In this document: piece after piece, positions 59,989 to 64,000 of the stretch
How the letters are laid out: the number at the start of each line of letters is the position of its first letter
Position numbering within the stretch: the stretch's first letter is position 1
Source of the DNA: Rebecca billardiae RCC1528
Taxonomy: Eukaryota; Protista; Haptophyta
Reading direction: 5' to 3'
Length of the DNA stretch: 64,000 nt
Assembly (NCBI GenBank): GCA_965240325.2
Contig: OZ251235.1
Location: forward strand, 2,046,001-2,110,000
Position numbers and translations under genes: made by a program
Notes under the pieces: generated by a model
What the model was told of the DNA's origin: nothing
Seen by the model: the letters and a program-made list of their open reading frames with translations, nothing else
The model's database searches: none

Positions 59989-61160
59989 GATAGCAAAAAT
60001 AGCGAGTCTAGTGTAGCATTGATGATTGAACCGCCTATTGAGAGGTGGTCGGATACTCGGATATATGCGACATTTCTCACGTTGATTATTATAGCGTTGA
60101 AGTCATTAATCGGGGGTCGGAAGGCCGGGACTCTGCTGCTAATGCGCATATGGCGGCATAGTGACACAGTCACCGGCGGCGGCGGCGGAGTGAGTGAGTG
60201 AGTAATAGTGGTCCGCTTGGTTGACTTCGGCTCCGGGGGCCGCCGCAAGACGTAACGGATCGTCGAGCTGGCTGCTGGGGCGGGTGGCCAGGCCCGCCAG
60301 GCCCAGGGCCCACTGGGACCAGGTCTGGGTCGGGACCGCCGAGTGGCCGACGCGTCGTTCGTCACTCGTCGACTCCGCCGGCCGCCGGGTGAGTGCCAGC
60401 CGCCCAGCCAGGGTCCGCCCAGGCCTCGGAGCCAGCCGGGCCTGATGGCCGCCTGCCAGCCTGATGGGCTTCACTTGATGCGGCGTCCGCAGCGCGGACA
60501 TCCGTCATCGCCACGCGATATGCCATGCGAATAACCTGGTACTAGCTATATATATATATATATACCACACACACACACACACTGACACACGTACTCATTG
60601 AGTATCACCATCCGCGTCGACAGGCAGGCGGCACCGCGCACGCCGAGTGGCTGTGCTGCCCCTGCCCTGTCGGCTGAGTCGGACACGGTCGTGGGCGCTC
60701 CGCAGAGGCTGATGACGCTGTCGCGCGTCGTTCCGTGCCGTACGTGAGTGTGGATCGCCCAGGTGTTTGCGAATGTGCTGCCACTGCAGTGCACGGGAAG
60801 TGTATACGCATCTTGACGTGGGGGCGAACACAGATAAATAAGCGTCGTGGCCGCTCGCGATCACGGGTGCGGGTGTGCATGCGCGGCACGGTGGGGATGT
60901 CAAGCGCAATGCGAAGCGCGATCGAAGCGCCCTGGCCGAAAGAGGGCATCCAGTTGTGCGCGTCGCGAGGTTGCGGGCGTGGCGAGGAGCGGCGCATCGG
61001 CGTCAGCAGCGACCCGCAAGAGCGAGTCGGCGAATGGCGCGGCGAGTGCGCGCGCTGCACCGCGCCCGCTGCAGTGGATGGTCGTGCGAGCGGCGCGCCT
61101 CTAGGTGCTGCGAGGACTCGAGGAGCGCCCGGCTGTGACGGCGTGCGCGCGCGGCGCGGC

Positions 61161-62867
61161 TCACGCGTCGGGCTCCGGGTGCTCGGTGCTGAGCGCTGCA
61201 GCCGGCCCCGCGGCGACGCAGCTGTCACCGCCCGCAGGCGCGTGCTCAGGCAGCTCAGCTGGCGCGCCTGCGCCATCGCCGCTGTGCGCGTCGGTTGCCT
61301 CTAGTGCGGCGGCTTCGCCGTCAGGGTCCGGCATCGGCGCAGGCCGACTGCCGGCGGGGCTCTTCGCGCCGTCCTGGTCGGTCAGCGCGACGAGCTGCTC
61401 GTACTTGCCCAGCAGCGCGCTGATGCCGAAGCGGAGGTTGCGCGCGTTCGTGCGCTCGCTCTCGGAGCCCACGTGCAGCCCCGCCTGCCTGCGCGCACGC
61501 AGCGTGAAGAACTGACGATCGAGCGCGGCCGCCAAGTCCTGCTGGATGCGCCGCTGCTCGCTCCAGCTCGCGTCCTCCTCGAACGGCGCGGCGTGCGGCA
61601 TGCGGCCGCTCGGCGACGGTGCGGCCATGAGCGGCTGCGGGTAGGCGCGCACCGAGCCCATGATCGGCGTCGCTGTGCTGTGGCCCATGCCGCTGTCGCT
61701 GCCGCCCGCGCCGCTGCCGGGCGCGCGCGGCCCGCCTCCAAACGGTTGGGAAGGCGGCGGCATCCGCATGTAGCCGGGCTGCGCCTGCGCGTTGTAGTAG
61801 GCATTGGACGAGCCAGCGACTGGCGGCATGCCTTGCATGGAGCTCGGCGACTGCATCATGCCGCACGGGCGCATCTGCTGAGGCGGTTGCTGCTGCTGCT
61901 GCTGCTGCGGCTGCGGCGGCGGGATCTGCTGCTGCGGCGGCGGGATCTGCTGCTGCGGCGGCGGGATCTGCTGCTGCTGCTGCGGCTGCTGGTGGTGGTG
62001 GTGCTGCGGCTGGTGCTGCTGGTGGTGCTGCGGCTGGTGCTGCTGCTGCGGCTGGTGCTGCTGCTGCTGCGGCTGGTGCTGCGGCTGTGGCTGCGGCTGC
62101 TGCTGCGGGTTGGGCGGGCCCATTGCTGGCAGTGGCGGCACATAGTTCATGTTTTGCCCGTGCATCTGCCCCTGCTGCTGCTGCGGCGGCCCACCCTGCA
62201 TCTGCTGCTGCTGCTGCGGCTGCTGCGGCGGCGGCGTGTTGCAGTACTGCTGCTGCTGCGGCGGCGCCATGGGCTGCATTTGCATCTGCGGCTGGTACTG
62301 CTGCTGGCCGTCGTGTGGCGGGGCGTACTGCGGCTGCGGCTGGTACCCCTGCCACATTTGCTGCGACTGCATCGGCTCGTTCGCATGCTGCGATTGCATC
62401 GGCATCACGGGCGCCATGGGCGGCGGCCCGCTCTGGTACGACGGCTGCGCCTGGTGGAAGTCCTGCTGCTGCTGCTGGTACACGGGCTGCACGGGCTGTT
62501 GCGCGCCCGCCGGCTGGGGGTATGGGTTGGCGTACATGCCGCCACCGCCGCCGCCACCGCCTGACTGGTTCTTGCACAGCGTGCGGTACTTCTGGAGGTG
62601 GCTCTTCACATTGGCCTTCGTCAGCCACGGCACGTCCATTAGAGACAGGATCGCCGAGGGCTTCGCGTTCTCGAAGCCGAGCTGGTTCACGGCCATTTCA
62701 AAGCGGTGGTGCAGCTCGGCCGTCCAAACGAGACGCTGCTTGGAATGCGCAGCAGCCGCCTCAGCGATGTTCGCGGGCTGTGGGCCGCCGGCCCCGTACA
62801 CAGTCGCCGTCTGGTTTGGGACCGGCAACATCTCGCCCGAGGGCGGCGGCTGCCCGTAGACGTACAT
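61161..62867 (-). CDS. GARP/G2-like MYB (SHLQKY class) transcription factor with Q/P-rich region
   Basis: KQRLVWTAELHHRFEMAVNQLG..AKPSAILSLMDVPWLTKANVKSHLQKYR. Confidence 0.93.
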   Translation of the reverse strand: MYVYGQPPPSGEMLPVPNQTATVYGAGGPQPANIAEAAAAHSKQRLVWTAELHHRFEMAVNQLGFENAKPSAILSLMDVPWLTKANVKSHLQKYRTLCKNQSGGGGGGGGMYANPYPQPAGAQQPVQPVYQQQQQDFHQAQPSYQSGPPPMAPVMPMQSQHANEPMQSQQMWQGYQPQPQYAPPHDGQQQYQPQMQMQPMAPPQQQQYCNTPPPQQPQQQQQMQGGPPQQQQGQMHGQNMNYVPPLPAMGPPNPQQQPQPQPQHQPQQQQHQPQQQHQPQHHQQHQPQHHHHQQPQQQQQIPPPQQQIPPPQQQIPPPQPQQQQQQQPPQQMRPCGMMQSPSSMQGMPPVAGSSNAYYNAQAQPGYMRMPPPSQPFGGGPRAPGSGAGGSDSGMGHSTATPIMGSVRAYPQPLMAAPSPSGRMPHAAPFEEDASWSEQRRIQQDLAAALDRQFFTLRARRQAGLHVGSESERTNARNLRFGISALLGKYEQLVALTDQDGAKSPAGSRPAPMPDPDGEAAALEATDAHSGDGAGAPAELPEHAPAGGDSCVAAGPAAALSTEHPEPDA

Positions 62868-64000
62868 CGACGATGAATGAATGCACGGCTCGGCGCTGGT
62901 GAGCACGTGGGTAAACCTGCTCGCCTTGATGTTGCTCGCAGCTCGGCCTTCCTTGTCGGCCCCCCCGACGCTGCGACGGGCGTCCTCGGACCTTGGTTCA
63001 AATACGACCAGCCATTTTAGTCATTACCCGCCTGCCGCGCGGTACTTTTTTCATTAGAGGCTACCCAGGTGACCCATTGAGAATGAGCGATCAACCACAC
63101 TCGGCTTCGTCGTCCTCAATCCCCGTGGCTAATTACGTTTGTTAATTGAAGCCGTTGATAATATATTTGGTCATATAATCAGCATGTGTTCATCTTACTC
63201 CTCTGGTTCGGTAGGCCGCTCCAGGACCACTCCGTCGCATCACGGCGATTCCCGCCCTTTTTTTAGATGATTCGATGAATACTACTCAAAGGGGGAAAAT
63301 ACCGGCGACGACGATGTGAAGAAACTACTGCTGCTTGATGAGCATTTTCTCGACGTCGTGAGTATGTGGCATCTTCTCACCGGAATGGCCCACTGTTCAT
63401 CGAGATGCCATGTAAAATATTACTGACGATGTATTGACGACTTCTCAACCCTCGAAGATGCCGCTCACAGCATTTTATCAGTCGCGCCATGCGTTTTTTA
63501 TCATCTCACGGGGGCGCCGGTACCTACCGGTACGGGTAATGAACAGTGCCACTGGGTCGTTATTAATTAAACCCACAAGGGAAGATGTCAGCGAGGACGT
63601 GGGTGATGCGGCGCGAGTGCCGCCTCTGCGCCGCATCGGCATCAAACAGCGCCTCGACCGCGCCTGGCCGTCCGCTCGTCGACTCGCCAACGGCCTGCAG
63701 TCCCTCGCGGGCCAGGTGGATCATCGCGCATGAGAGGTTCCGTTGACAAGCCTCGGGCAAGAGCGGTGGGGCTTCCAATAGCTTGCGTAGCCGCCAATCG
63801 AAAGAGGTAGGCTATTGCGCTCATAGGCCGCACTCGACGAGTCGACGGGCGCTCCTGCGCCCACCACCACGCCGTGGAAGAGGGCCGCGGAAGGGGGGCC
63901 GCGGAGGCGGCATGGCATGCGGGCGGCGTGCCATCCGTCTGGGCGCGTGCTGGACAGAATGCAGCGCACTCCCAAGCAGCAGATCATACTTGCTGGCGCC

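Noticed and set aside
62149-62859. Extremely Cys-rich metallothionein/keratin-like ORF
   Set aside because: Antisense shadow of the CAG-rich polyQ region of the GARP gene.

Overview
Very GC-rich eukaryotic nuclear DNA with short (about 105-200 nt) GT-AG introns, compact head-to-head gene pairs and AT/AG microsatellites. A plastid terminal oxidase with a signal peptide suggests an alga with a secondary plastid (haptophyte-like; inference only). About 18 coding loci are supportable: a YABBY-like zinc-finger/HMG protein, a small D/D-motif ORF abutting a QSOX sulfhydryl oxidase, sulfotransferase, alkaline ceramidase, CRAL-TRIO, ankyrin, ataxin-2/Pbp1, profilin-like, three secreted orphan or glycosyltransferase-like genes, eIF2B-beta, kelch-BTB, PTOX, TORTIFOLIA1/SPIRAL2-like, an SDR and a GARP transcription factor. 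About a third of the window is non-autonomous DNA-transposon sequence. The strongest unexpected signal is a pair of large foldback-like elements, E1 (32965-39578) and E2 (47650-56568). Each is flanked by a perfect 7-bp target-site duplication, has CA...TG ends with left-specific and right-specific terminal sequences shared between the two, carries the same 214-bp GC-rich satellite, and sits 100-200 bp from a gene start. Also notable: a CTG/TGA overlap (or cryptic micro-intron) linking the D/D ORF to QSOX, a CACAGCG-ended element with a 5-bp duplication, and pervasive short templated insertions in non-coding DNA. No rRNA, tRNA or CRISPR array was recognised. All calls are by eye, with no database searches.
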